From an uncultured Nitrososphaerota archaeon (GTDB lineage Archaea; Thermoproteota; Nitrososphaeria; Nitrososphaerales; Gagatemarchaeaceae), in contig CAWISW010000003.1 in the NCBI GenBank assembly GCA_963838925.1, positions 96,001-160,000 on the forward strand: 64,000 nt of DNA, read 5' to 3'. A model generated the notes under the pieces. That model was given only the letters and a program-made list of their open reading frames with translations. It searched no databases and was not told where the DNA came from. Numbering within the stretch: the stretch's first letter is position 1; each line of letters begins with the position of its first letter. Positions 1 to 9,042 of the stretch are shown piece after piece. The translations under genes and the position numbers were made by a program.

Positions 1-329
1 TCAAGGTCGGCTGGGAGGTCGAGACCCTCGCCCTGTCTGACGTCCCCAAGACGGCGAGCATGAGGAGCATAGGGATCGTCAGGGAAGCGGCGCACCAGAA
101 GAACGCGGAGCGCTTCGTCGACCACCTTCTGTCCGCCGAGTGGCAGAACTCGATGGGCAAGAGCTACGAGGGCCTGGTACCGACGAGGCCGGGAGCGACG
201 ATGAAGTACAACGCCCCGTTCAAGAACCCGACGACCGCCATGAGGTACTTCCCGGACGAGAAGGGCGTGAGGGACGCGTTCTCGCCCCATTCGCTGCTAG
301 AGAAGTTCAAGTCCGTCGGGCTCCCATAG
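1..329 (+). CDS. ABC substrate-binding protein, C-terminal part (5' end outside window)
   Basis: 'IGIVREAAHQKNAERFVDHLLSAEWQ' matches the C-terminal 'A.HP.AA..F.D.LLS.EGQ' motif of Fe3+/thiamine-type binding proteins. Confidence 0.7.
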   Translation, partial: KVGWEVETLALSDVPKTASMRSIGIVREAAHQKNAERFVDHLLSAEWQNSMGKSYEGLVPTRPGATMKYNAPFKNPTTAMRYFPDEKGVRDAFSPHSLLEKFKSVGLP

Positions 330-378
330 GGCCTGTAGCTAGCCGCTGTTCTACCCGCCTCAAGCGAGGGTAGGCCCT

Positions 379-1404
379 CTACTTCTTCCCGAAGAGCTCC
401 GCTAGGGTTGCGATGGAGTCGGGGGCGGTGCGCAGCGCCTCCTCGTTGGGGAAGGGCGTGAGCTTCTCCTTGTGGACGAGCTTGTCGAGCGCGTACGGCG
501 AGTCGACCCCCTTCCTAGACGGTATCCGCAGGTAGGTCCTCCCCACCACCTCTTGCCCCTCCTTCGAGAGGAGGTAGTCCATGAGGAGCTCCGCGGCGGC
601 CGGGTGCCTTCCAGCGACCGTCTTCGCAATCGCGTTGAAGGTGAGAAGCATCGGGACGTCCGTCAGCTTCAGGCGCTCGATCGTCCTCTTCGCTTCCTTC
701 GCCTTCACGTAGTCGTGAAGCAGGACCGTCAGCCCGATCTTGCTCTCTCCGTTTGCGACGGAGTCTACGACTGGGTCGTAGAGCGGGGACATCTTGGCCT
801 CGTTCTTGGCGAGCCCCCGGACGAACTTCTTCCACTCGCTCTCGCCCAGGATGGGCCTCAGCGACGCGAGCCAGTAGGCGCCCAGCGTCCCGACGGACAG
901 GTCGTGCGAGATGATGGTCCCCTTCCACTTCGGGTCAGTCAGGTCCATGGCTGTCTTGGGCAGCTCGCGCTTTGTCACGAGCTTGGGGTTGTAGACCTGG
1001 ATCATGCCCAAGGAGACGATGGGGAACCAGTAGCCCTCCGGCTGGAGGACGTCTTTCGGATAGCCCGCCGTCTCCTTCAACTTCGTCCTTGCCAGCAGGC
1101 CAAGGCCTCGGAACTGCATCAGAGGGGGGACGGCCACTATGACGGCGTCCGCGGTCTCCCTCCCGGCCTTGACGTCGTCCATTATCTTCTGGGCCATCGG
1201 AGGCGGGGTCCCGGGGACGTACCTCCTCTGGTACTCTATCTCGATTCCCGGATATTTCTTCTCAAAAGATTCTTTCCAGCCCGCGAACTCGTCTATCTCG
1301 ACGGTGCCGAAGACCAGGACGCGCCCTTCTTTCTTGGCCTTCTTGACGACCGAGTCGCTAGCGGTCATGGAATCGTCTCCCGTTTCGTTCGCGGCCGCGT
1401 GCAT
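379..1404 (-). CDS. ABC substrate-binding-fold protein (FbpA/AfuA-like), no signal peptide; start 1404 or 1368
   Basis: 'KAKKEGRVLVF', 'YNPKLV', 'DLTDPKWKG', 'HPAAAELLMDYLLSKEGQ'. Confidence 0.85.
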   Translation of the reverse strand: MHAAANETGDDSMTASDSVVKKAKKEGRVLVFGTVEIDEFAGWKESFEKKYPGIEIEYQRRYVPGTPPPMAQKIMDDVKAGRETADAVIVAVPPLMQFRGLGLLARTKLKETAGYPKDVLQPEGYWFPIVSLGMIQVYNPKLVTKRELPKTAMDLTDPKWKGTIISHDLSVGTLGAYWLASLRPILGESEWKKFVRGLAKNEAKMSPLYDPVVDSVANGESKIGLTVLLHDYVKAKEAKRTIERLKLTDVPMLLTFNAIAKTVAGRHPAAAELLMDYLLSKEGQEVVGRTYLRIPSRKGVDSPYALDKLVHKEKLTPFPNEEALRTAPDSIATLAELFGKK

Positions 1405-1439
1405 AGATATGGCTTCCCGCGGGCGCCGGCGAGTCCAAG

Positions 1440-3143
1440 TCAGATCCCCCGTTTCCTCCCCCAAAAGTGCAGGAAGATGGCACCCAGCGTCAGGAAGAGG
1501 CCGATCATCCCCGTGAAAATCACGGAAGCGGCCGCGACGACGTTGATGTCGGAGAAGAGCGTGGCAGTGTTGTAGTAGTGCAGGAGGAGCACCGTGAAGG
1601 GTACGCTCTGCGCGGTCACGAGAAGGATGACGCCGCCGAGCTCCCTGAGCGAGTCGATGAAGGTGTAGACGAAGCTGTTGAATAGGCCGGCCCGTGTGAG
1701 TGGGAGGAGTATCCTCGTGAAGGTCCTTAGGAAACCAGACCCGCTCACCTGAGAGGCTTCCTCGAGCTCGTTGGAGACCTGGACCATGTTTCCGGAGACT
1801 ATCCTAGTCGAGAACGGAAGCCGGATGAAGACCAGCGAGATCGCGAGAGGCCAGATGGTCCCGTAGATGCTGTGGAGCCCCGGGACGAGGAGGAAGGTCC
1901 AGAAGAGGGCGACCCCGTAGACCACTCCGGGGAAGGCAAGAGGCAAGGCCGAGATGTATTCAGCCAGCCTCGCGCCTCGCGACTTGACCTTGTAGGCGGC
2001 GTACGACAACAGAGACCCGACGACGGTGGCCGCTATCGCGGCGATGAGCCCGAACTCGATCGAGGTCTGGAGGGAAGAGAAGAGCCCGGGGATCTCGAGA
2101 GCGCTGATGTACGCGCCGGGAAAATTGAACTTGAGGTTTACCAGCTGGCTCCCATAGATGTTGGAGATGGACATCAGGAAGAGGGTAAGGAACGGAAGGA
2201 TGAACTCGAAGAATACTATCCCGAAGCAGATCAAGAGGGCCAGCGACCTCATGCGGCCGAGCTTCTGGACGCCGCGAGAGACTGAGCGCCCTGTCACTAC
2301 CTGGAATCTAAAGGCCCGCCGCGTAGACCAGATGTAGATGGTCACCGCGACAAGGGTGATGAGGGCGTAGAGTATGCTGACCTCGGCCGCGGTCCCGTAG
2401 GCCGGAGGGACGCTCTCCTGGGTCCAGAAGAGGATCTCCGTCGCAAGGACGTGCACATGCCCCGGGAGCCCTAGGAGGTACGGGAACTCGAGCGTCCCCA
2501 CCCCGCCGATGACGGCGAGCACGAAAGCCGAGAACACCGCGGGCCTGATGATTGGGAAGGTCACGTCCCTAAACGTCGCGAGGATTCCCTTTCCGGCGAT
2601 CCTCGAGGCCTCCTCCAGGTTGGCGTCCATTGATTTCATCGCCGGCAGGATCACGAGGTAGGCGAGGGGGACGTTGGTGAAGGACTGGGCGAAGATTAGC
2701 CCCCCCATGGAGTAGATGTCGAAGTTCAGGACGCCGCGCCCCAGGATGTGGTTCAGGAGGACGTTGATTATACCCGCGTTAGGGTTGAGGAGGTAGGACC
2801 ACGCGAAGGCCTTGAACAGGAGGGGCACGCTGAGCCCGAGCACGGGGAGCAGCTCGAGGAACCGCTTGCCGTAGACGTCCGTCCGCGCGATGAACCAAGC
2901 GTAGAAGACCGCGAAAATCGTTGTGAAGACGGCGGCTGTTATGCTGAACTCGAGAGTGCTCTCGACCAGGGAGAGGGTGCTGGGCAACGTGAAGTAGCCG
3001 ATGAGCGAGTAGTTCGTCTTCCCGAGGGCGGGAAAGAAGGATAATCCGACGAGGAGAGCGAAGACAGGGATGAGGAGGAGCAGGAATACGGCGACGACGA
3101 CGATGACGAGTAGCTTGCTCTTGTACATCCCTCGGCCCGACAC
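1440..3143 (-). CDS. ABC permease, FbpB type (two fused TM domains)
   Basis: Two EAA loops ('LEEASRIAG', 'LEEASQVSG'); about 12 hydrophobic segments. Confidence 0.92.
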   Translation of the reverse strand: MSGRGMYKSKLLVIVVVAVFLLLLIPVFALLVGLSFFPALGKTNYSLIGYFTLPSTLSLVESTLEFSITAAVFTTIFAVFYAWFIARTDVYGKRFLELLPVLGLSVPLLFKAFAWSYLLNPNAGIINVLLNHILGRGVLNFDIYSMGGLIFAQSFTNVPLAYLVILPAMKSMDANLEEASRIAGKGILATFRDVTFPIIRPAVFSAFVLAVIGGVGTLEFPYLLGLPGHVHVLATEILFWTQESVPPAYGTAAEVSILYALITLVAVTIYIWSTRRAFRFQVVTGRSVSRGVQKLGRMRSLALLICFGIVFFEFILPFLTLFLMSISNIYGSQLVNLKFNFPGAYISALEIPGLFSSLQTSIEFGLIAAIAATVVGSLLSYAAYKVKSRGARLAEYISALPLAFPGVVYGVALFWTFLLVPGLHSIYGTIWPLAISLVFIRLPFSTRIVSGNMVQVSNELEEASQVSGSGFLRTFTRILLPLTRAGLFNSFVYTFIDSLRELGGVILLVTAQSVPFTVLLLHYYNTATLFSDINVVAAASVIFTGMIGLFLTLGAIFLHFWGRKRGI

Positions 3144-3227
3144 CCCTAATGCAGGCCGCAGCTAAAAGAGCGCGGCGGCCCGGTCGCTGGTCGTCAACTT
3201 GGACAGCTCACCGGGCGGTCTCGCAGG

Positions 3228-4454
3228 CTAGGCCCCGAATATGTTCTTGAACAGCAGGCTCCAACTGGCCGTGTCCGTGAGGAGCGCCGTGTTCGCGTAT
3301 GCGTTCGTGAGCCGGTAGTCGGACGGCAGGTATCCCAGGAGCGAGCTCGAGAGCTGAGACTGATACGGGTCGTGGTTGGTGCACAGCACGCCCAGCTGGC
3401 CAGGGATCGAGATGTACCAGGCCTCGAACAGCTTCGCCATGTTGGGGTGGGGCGCTCCCGCCGTTATGGTGACCACTCCCGGCGTGTAGACGACGGGCTC
3501 GATGTCGTCGAACGCGAGCTGGCTCGGGCTCACGCCTCCCTTCAGGTCGGAGACGTAGTCGTCGAAGGTGGCGACCCCTAGGGCGTCCTGCCCGCTTATG
3601 ACGTCCTGCTCTGCGTTGCCGGCCGTCTGCTCGATCTTCGGGTTGTTCGCGGCGATTCCCTGCATAAGCGTCGTCCAGCTCGAGTTGGTCATCTGCGTGG
3701 AGAGGTAGTAGAACTCAGCCGTAGTTATGCCCAGGGCGGTCGCCGTCTGGAAGGCTATCTGGTTCTTGTAGATGGGGTTCGCCAGGGCAGCCCAGGTCGT
3801 CGGGATCGGGAGCTTGTCGGCTGCCATCACAGACGGGTTGTAGATCAGGTGCACGATGGCGATGTTGGTCGTGATCCAGTTTGGCCCATACGCGGATGAC
3901 GAGTAGTTCATCAGGGCGAGCTGCGGACTCGTGTAGTTGATGACCGTACCCGCCGCGATGGCTGGCTCGAGGCCCGCCAAGGTGCCCGTGGCGACGTCAG
4001 CCTGGACGGAGTGCGCCTGGTAGTTGGATATCAGCTCGGTGGTCTCCGCCGCGGTCGAAAGGCTCGTGTAGGTCACCTTACCATTGGCCCAGGGATACGT
4101 TTGATAGAATGACGGACCGTAGCAGTTTGCCCAGTTTGTGGCTGACTGGGTAGTGAGTATCGTGAGGCAGTTTGACCCGGCGGCTGCGCATTCAGCCTGA
4201 GCTGCTGTCGCCAGGTCTTGGAGCTGGGTCGTGGTCGACGTGGCGGTGGTGGTCGAGGTCGCGGTCGACGTCGAGACAGACGTAGCCGTCGAGGTCACGG
4301 TTGAACCGGTTCCTGTGATGGTAGTCGTCGCCGTGGACGTCGTCGTTGATCCACCCGTCGACCGGATGAACCCGTAGCTCGCCGCGGCCGCGAGGATGAC
4401 AACGAGTATTACCAGAGCGGTGACGGTTTGAGAGACCCCGGGCTGTCTGTGCAT
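3228..4454 (-). CDS. Membrane-anchored ABC substrate-binding protein with Ser/Thr linker
   Basis: N-terminal hydrophobic helix, Thr/Ser-rich linker, 'APHPNMAKLFEAWYISIPGQ'. Confidence 0.88.
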   Translation of the reverse strand: MHRQPGVSQTVTALVILVVILAAAASYGFIRSTGGSTTTSTATTTITGTGSTVTSTATSVSTSTATSTTTATSTTTQLQDLATAAQAECAAAGSNCLTILTTQSATNWANCYGPSFYQTYPWANGKVTYTSLSTAAETTELISNYQAHSVQADVATGTLAGLEPAIAAGTVINYTSPQLALMNYSSSAYGPNWITTNIAIVHLIYNPSVMAADKLPIPTTWAALANPIYKNQIAFQTATALGITTAEFYYLSTQMTNSSWTTLMQGIAANNPKIEQTAGNAEQDVISGQDALGVATFDDYVSDLKGGVSPSQLAFDDIEPVVYTPGVVTITAGAPHPNMAKLFEAWYISIPGQLGVLCTNHDPYQSQLSSSLLGYLPSDYRLTNAYANTALLTDTASWSLLFKNIFGA

Positions 4455-4588
4455 GGGGCTCCAAAACGAGGCGGGGGATACTTATCCGTTCGGTTCGGAT
4501 TATCCTAACTAGAGGTCCCGCGGCGAACGGGGCATGCTGGCTGGGAGTCGCTCGAATTATATACTGAGACGATGTCGAAGGTCACGAC

Positions 4589-5695
4589 GTGTCAGGCAGC
4601 GGGGCCCCCAAAATCCAAGTCCAGAAGCTCGTGAAGCGCTTCGGGGGCGTGTTGGCGGTCAACGGCGTGACCTTCTCCGTTGGCGACGGAGAGATCTTGG
4701 GGCTGCTCGGTCCGAGCGGCTGCGGCAAGACGACCGTCCTTCGAAGCATCTCCGGCCTGGAGGAGATAGACTCTGGAAAAATCGTCCTGGACGGTACGAC
4801 CGTGAGCTCGCCGGAGGAGAAGGTCTTCGTCCCTCCAGAGAAGCGGAGGCTCGGTTTCGTCTTCCAGAGCTACGCGCTCTGGCCCCACATGACAGTCAGG
4901 CAGAACATCGACTACTGCCTGAAGGGGTTCTCAAAGCAGGAGAAGAAGACGAAGATAGAAGGAGCCCTCGAGCTCGTCGGCCTGGGCGACGTGGCGGAGC
5001 GCTATCCCTCACAGCTCAGCGGAGGGCAGCAGCAGAGGGTCGCGGTCGCAAGGAGCGTGGCGTATGAGCCGAAGGTGATACTTCTCGACGAGCCGCTCAG
5101 CAACCTGGACCAGAAGGAGCGGGAGCGGGTCCGGGGAGAGCTCAGGCTGCTCCTGAAGAGGATCGGGATAACGACCGTCTTCGTGACCCACGACCAGGAG
5201 GAGGCCTTCATCATCTGCGACAGGGTCATCCTGATGAACCGCGGGAAGATAGAGCAGGAGGGATCGCCGGAGAGCCTCTACGCGTCCCCCGTCAACCTCT
5301 TCGTCGCCGAGTTCATCGGTAGGGGCAACATACTCAAGGCCGAGCTCAAGAGCCTGGACACGGCGAAGCACACGGCGATCCTCAGGATCCCCGACGTGGA
5401 CGCGGACATGACCTGCGAATACGGGGAGGAGTTCCCCGAGAAGGTCTCCTCTGTGGTGATAAGGCGCAACGAGATAGGCCTCAGCAGAGCCAAGCCGGGC
5501 TTCGGGGAGAACGTGCTCGCGGGGAAGGTGGTTGCCAGGGAGTTTAGGGGCGCGGTGACGGACAGCAGGATCCGCGTTGGGAGCGCGGAAGTCATCGTCA
5601 CGAAGCACAAGTTCGAGAGCGATTCGGAGACCAGTGACGGGGAGGACATCTACCTTCACGTGCCTCCACGGGCGATCAAGCCGATAGCGGACTGA
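4589..5695 (+). CDS. ABC ATP-binding protein (FbpC/PotA type)
   Basis: Walker A GPSGCGKT, LSGGQQQR, LLDEP, VTHDQEEA. Confidence 0.95.
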   Translation: MSGSGAPKIQVQKLVKRFGGVLAVNGVTFSVGDGEILGLLGPSGCGKTTVLRSISGLEEIDSGKIVLDGTTVSSPEEKVFVPPEKRRLGFVFQSYALWPHMTVRQNIDYCLKGFSKQEKKTKIEGALELVGLGDVAERYPSQLSGGQQQRVAVARSVAYEPKVILLDEPLSNLDQKERERVRGELRLLLKRIGITTVFVTHDQEEAFIICDRVILMNRGKIEQEGSPESLYASPVNLFVAEFIGRGNILKAELKSLDTAKHTAILRIPDVDADMTCEYGEEFPEKVSSVVIRRNEIGLSRAKPGFGENVLAGKVVAREFRGAVTDSRIRVGSAEVIVTKHKFESDSETSDGEDIYLHVPPRAIKPIAD

Positions 5696-5716
5696 GGACG
5701 GCCCTTCCCTGCCTGC

Positions 5717-8143
5717 TCACTGCTTCTTGCGGTGAGCTTTGATCAAGGTCCAGAGCTTGGAGGGTGTCAGCGGAACGTCAGTGACCTTGACGCCAAAGTC
5801 CGAGAGCGCGTCCTCCACCGCGTTGGCGATCGCCGGGAAGACCGGGATCGTAGGCCCCTCCCCGACGGCCTTGCCGCCGGTGGCCGTGAAGGGCGAGGGA
5901 TACTCCAGGTGCCCGACCTCGATGTCTGGCGTGTCTGCGGCCGTGTTCTTCAGATAGTCGGCGAAGGTCGCGGTGAGCATCTGCCCTTCCCCGTTCCATA
6001 CCATCTCCTCCCTCAGGGCCGCCGAGATTATGTGCGCGACGTGGCCGTGTATCTGCCCCTCGACGACGGCCGGGTTGATCAGGACCCCGATGTCGTGGGC
6101 GACAACGTACCTCAATATGGTCACCCTGCCCGTCTCCACGTCCACCTCCACTACGGCGGCGTTGGCCTGGCTCCCGTAGTTGTTGTGGGCCGCGACCCTC
6201 CTTTCCTTGTCGGGCAGGTCGGCGTGCGGATAGAAGTAGTACGCGGTCTCGTGCAGCCCGGGCTCGACTCCGGGCGGGAGGGTCTCTGCCCTCACCCGGT
6301 CGTATGCCGCCTGGGCCACGTCTGCGATGGTGACCGACCTCTCGGTCTCCGGCACGAAGGCCCTCCCCTCGTCCAGCTGTATGTCCTCGGGTTCGGCGTC
6401 CAGCATGTGGGCGGCGAACTTCTGGATCTTGGCCCTGACCTTCCTCGACGCAGCGACTATCGCGCCCATGTCTATGCTCGTGAAGGAGTCGGCGCCCGTG
6501 CCGGAGGTGCTCGACCAAGGGTTGCTGGAGCTGTCGAAGACCGAGGAGACCTCGATGTCGTCGGGGGAGATCCCCAGCTCGTCCGCAACGACCTGGGACG
6601 TGGTAGTCTCGTGGCTCTGCCCCCAGTTGGTCGCCCCTATCTGGACCGTGACCCTCCCCAGCGGGTTCATCCTCACCGTGGCGCCCGCGAGCCGCTGACC
6701 CGGGAGGTTTGGACCGCCCCTTACCATCTGCTCCCTGCCTGGATTCGCGCCTCCTGGGTCCACGTTGCACGCGATCCCTATCCCGACGTACCGTCCCTTC
6801 CGTCTCAGCTTCTTCTGCTCCTCCCTCCAGTGCTTGTAATCGACCATTTCCAGCGCCTTTTCCAGCAGCTCCCGGAAGTTCCCTGCGTCTATCAGGTTCC
6901 CGCTCGGGGTGCGGTAGGGCAGCTCGTCCGGGGGGACGAAGTTCCTGAACCTTATCTCCGCTGGGTCGAGCTTGAGCTCCTTCGCCGCAAGGTCCACCAT
7001 CCGCTCGAGCACGAAGCCCATGTGCGGCTTGCTGAGCCCCCTGTTGGACCCTCCGGGCCCCTTGTTGGTGGCGACGGCGTAGGCCTCCAGCGAGACGTTC
7101 TTCATCTTGTAGAGGCCCGTGATGTTCGTCAGCTTGACCGTGTTGTAGTAGCCCGCGTAGTAGGCGGAGCCGCCCTCGTTCGTGATGTCCTTGAGCTTGT
7201 GGCCGAGTATCGTGCCGTCCTTCTTCAACGCCATGTCCATGCGGTAGACGGCGTCCCTCGCGCCGTTCGTCCCGGCCATCAGCATCTCCCTCCTGTCCTT
7301 GACGTACTTCACTGGCCTCCCCGCCTTCCAGGAGAGAAGGGAGGCTATCGTCATGTCCATCAGGGACACGCTCCACCTTTCTCCGAACGTGCCCCCCGTG
7401 TCGGGGATGACGAACCTGACCTTCACGTCCTTTACAGGAAAGCCGCTCGTCCGGGCTCTCAGCGACCCCGACCCGGTCGCGTTGCAGTAGAAGGTGAGCG
7501 TGTTCTGGGCCTGGTCGTAGTGCGCCGTGACGGTGTCGGGTTCGAGGGGGGTCGAGCTGTACCTGTGCACCGAGAAGCGCTCGCTCAGCACCAGGTCTGC
7601 GTCACGGAAGGCCGACTTTACGTCGCCGTACTCCAGGTTGATGGAGGAGAAGGTGTTGTTCTCGACGTCCTTGAATATCCTGGGCGCCCCCGGCTTCATC
7701 GCCTCCTCGGGGTCCACCACTACCGGGAGCTCCTCGTAGTCGACGCGGATCAGGTCGAGGGCGTCCTCGGCTATGCCCCGGCTCTCGGCGGCGACGGCCG
7801 CGACCCCCTGTCCAGCGTAGACGGCCTTGTCCACTGCCATCGCGTACTCCTTGATGGGAAAGCCCGTCCTGCTGGTCATCGGGTTGGTGAGGGAGGGTAG
7901 CTCCGCCCCTGTCAAGGTGGCCACGACGCCCTTCAGCTTCATCGCCTTCGAGACGTCGATGCCCTTGATCCTGGCGTGGGCGTGGGGGCTCCTGAGGACC
8001 GCCGCATGGAGCGTCTGCTTGAGCTGGATGTCGTCGGAGTAGAGACCCTTGCCCTGCACGAACCTCCCGTCCTCCTTGACCCTGATTGGCTTGCCGACCC
8101 ATCGCCTCGCGGCGGGCCGACCTTGTCGGCTCTCGGCTGGCAC
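5717..8143 (-). CDS. Xanthine dehydrogenase/CoxL-family molybdopterin-binding subunit
   Basis: 'EDGRFVQGKGLYSDDI', 'RSPHAHARI', 'GQSHET', 'NPAVVEGQIHG', 'GKAVGEG'. Confidence 0.92.
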   Translation of the reverse strand: MPAESRQGRPAARRWVGKPIRVKEDGRFVQGKGLYSDDIQLKQTLHAAVLRSPHAHARIKGIDVSKAMKLKGVVATLTGAELPSLTNPMTSRTGFPIKEYAMAVDKAVYAGQGVAAVAAESRGIAEDALDLIRVDYEELPVVVDPEEAMKPGAPRIFKDVENNTFSSINLEYGDVKSAFRDADLVLSERFSVHRYSSTPLEPDTVTAHYDQAQNTLTFYCNATGSGSLRARTSGFPVKDVKVRFVIPDTGGTFGERWSVSLMDMTIASLLSWKAGRPVKYVKDRREMLMAGTNGARDAVYRMDMALKKDGTILGHKLKDITNEGGSAYYAGYYNTVKLTNITGLYKMKNVSLEAYAVATNKGPGGSNRGLSKPHMGFVLERMVDLAAKELKLDPAEIRFRNFVPPDELPYRTPSGNLIDAGNFRELLEKALEMVDYKHWREEQKKLRRKGRYVGIGIACNVDPGGANPGREQMVRGGPNLPGQRLAGATVRMNPLGRVTVQIGATNWGQSHETTTSQVVADELGISPDDIEVSSVFDSSSNPWSSTSGTGADSFTSIDMGAIVAASRKVRAKIQKFAAHMLDAEPEDIQLDEGRAFVPETERSVTIADVAQAAYDRVRAETLPPGVEPGLHETAYYFYPHADLPDKERRVAAHNNYGSQANAAVVEVDVETGRVTILRYVVAHDIGVLINPAVVEGQIHGHVAHIISAALREEMVWNGEGQMLTATFADYLKNTAADTPDIEVGHLEYPSPFTATGGKAVGEGPTIPVFPAIANAVEDALSDFGVKVTDVPLTPSKLWTLIKAHRKKQ

Positions 8144-8451
8144 TAGTGGGTCGCCACCGGGGCCGACCCGTCTATCATGATGGCGGTGTAGTCGCCGCCC
8201 CTGAAGCGGTGCTGGCTCGCCTCTTTGTAGTCTGGGTCGGAATACCAGGCCTTGGCGTCGGCGAGCGTGGGGAACTCGAGGATGCTCACGCCCTCGACCC
8301 CAGGACCCTCGAGGACCTCGAAGGGGGTCCCCCAGCGCACGAGCGACTTTACGTTGTGTGCGGTCGAGAACTTGGGTCGGGCTTCGGCGTACATCTTGAT
8401 CTGCTCGGGGTCGCGAGTTCGGACGCGCGTGAAGACGATGTAGGCTGGCGT
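8143..8451 (-). CDS. DUF1330-family protein (start uncertain; homology extends to an ACG at 8451)
   Basis: '(T)PAYIVF...EVLEG...ILEFPTLADAKAWYSDPDY...HRF'; its TAG overlaps the GTG start of the molybdo-subunit gene. Confidence 0.8.
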   Translation of the reverse strand, partial: TPAYIVFTRVRTRDPEQIKMYAEARPKFSTAHNVKSLVRWGTPFEVLEGPGVEGVSILEFPTLADAKAWYSDPDYKEASQHRFRGGDYTAIMIDGSAPVATH

Positions 8452-8585
8452 CTTTCGACTCTCCGAGTAGTTGAGCGGAGGCAGATTATTTCTCTTTTTC
8501 CCCAGACGCAGAAATGGGTTCTATTGCATTTGACTGTGCATAGACCTAAAACCAAGTAGACCGAGAAACCAAACGAAGACTGCAG

Positions 8586-8969
8586 TTGAACAAATCGACG
8601 GTCTCGGGAATGGTGGTCCTTCTCTTGCTCGGGCTGGCCTTTGGCTCGGTCTTCTTTCCGCGGACCATCACGCAGACTACTACGAGCGTCACCACCCTGA
8701 CCATAACCGGCAGTTCTTCAGCTATAGGATCATATCCTGTTGTCACCGCCACAGTCGTAACAATCCTCGTGGTTCCGGTCGTGGCTACGTGCACGACGGT
8801 TTCTGGCACACAGTCGATAGTCTACACCTACGCCGTGGGCGGACAATCCACCACTCTGACAACAGTCTATCCTCCGCATCTTCCGCAGGAGTATCAGGTC
8901 ACGCTAGTCACGGATTCAACCGTCACCGGCAGCAACCGGACCTATGTCCAAGATACCGACACATGCTGA
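8586..8969 (+). CDS. Hypothetical Thr-rich membrane or secreted protein
   Basis: N-terminal hydrophobic helix, Thr/Val-rich body; fills the intergenic gap. Confidence 0.55.
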   Translation: MNKSTVSGMVVLLLLGLAFGSVFFPRTITQTTTSVTTLTITGSSSAIGSYPVVTATVVTILVVPVVATCTTVSGTQSIVYTYAVGGQSTTLTTVYPPHLPQEYQVTLVTDSTVTGSNRTYVQDTDTC

Positions 8970-9042
8970 GGGTGCGCAGGGACCCAACGTAACCCAGAAA
9001 TGCGAGGCTACGCTTATATCGCTACGCGGTTTGAAATCGTTC

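Noticed and set aside
5732-7900. 722-aa plus-strand ORF and many similar long antisense or alternate-frame ORFs (e.g. 19728-21395, 29438-30760, 48051-49574)
   Set aside because: Shadows of real genes caused by high GC3; no motifs and implausible composition
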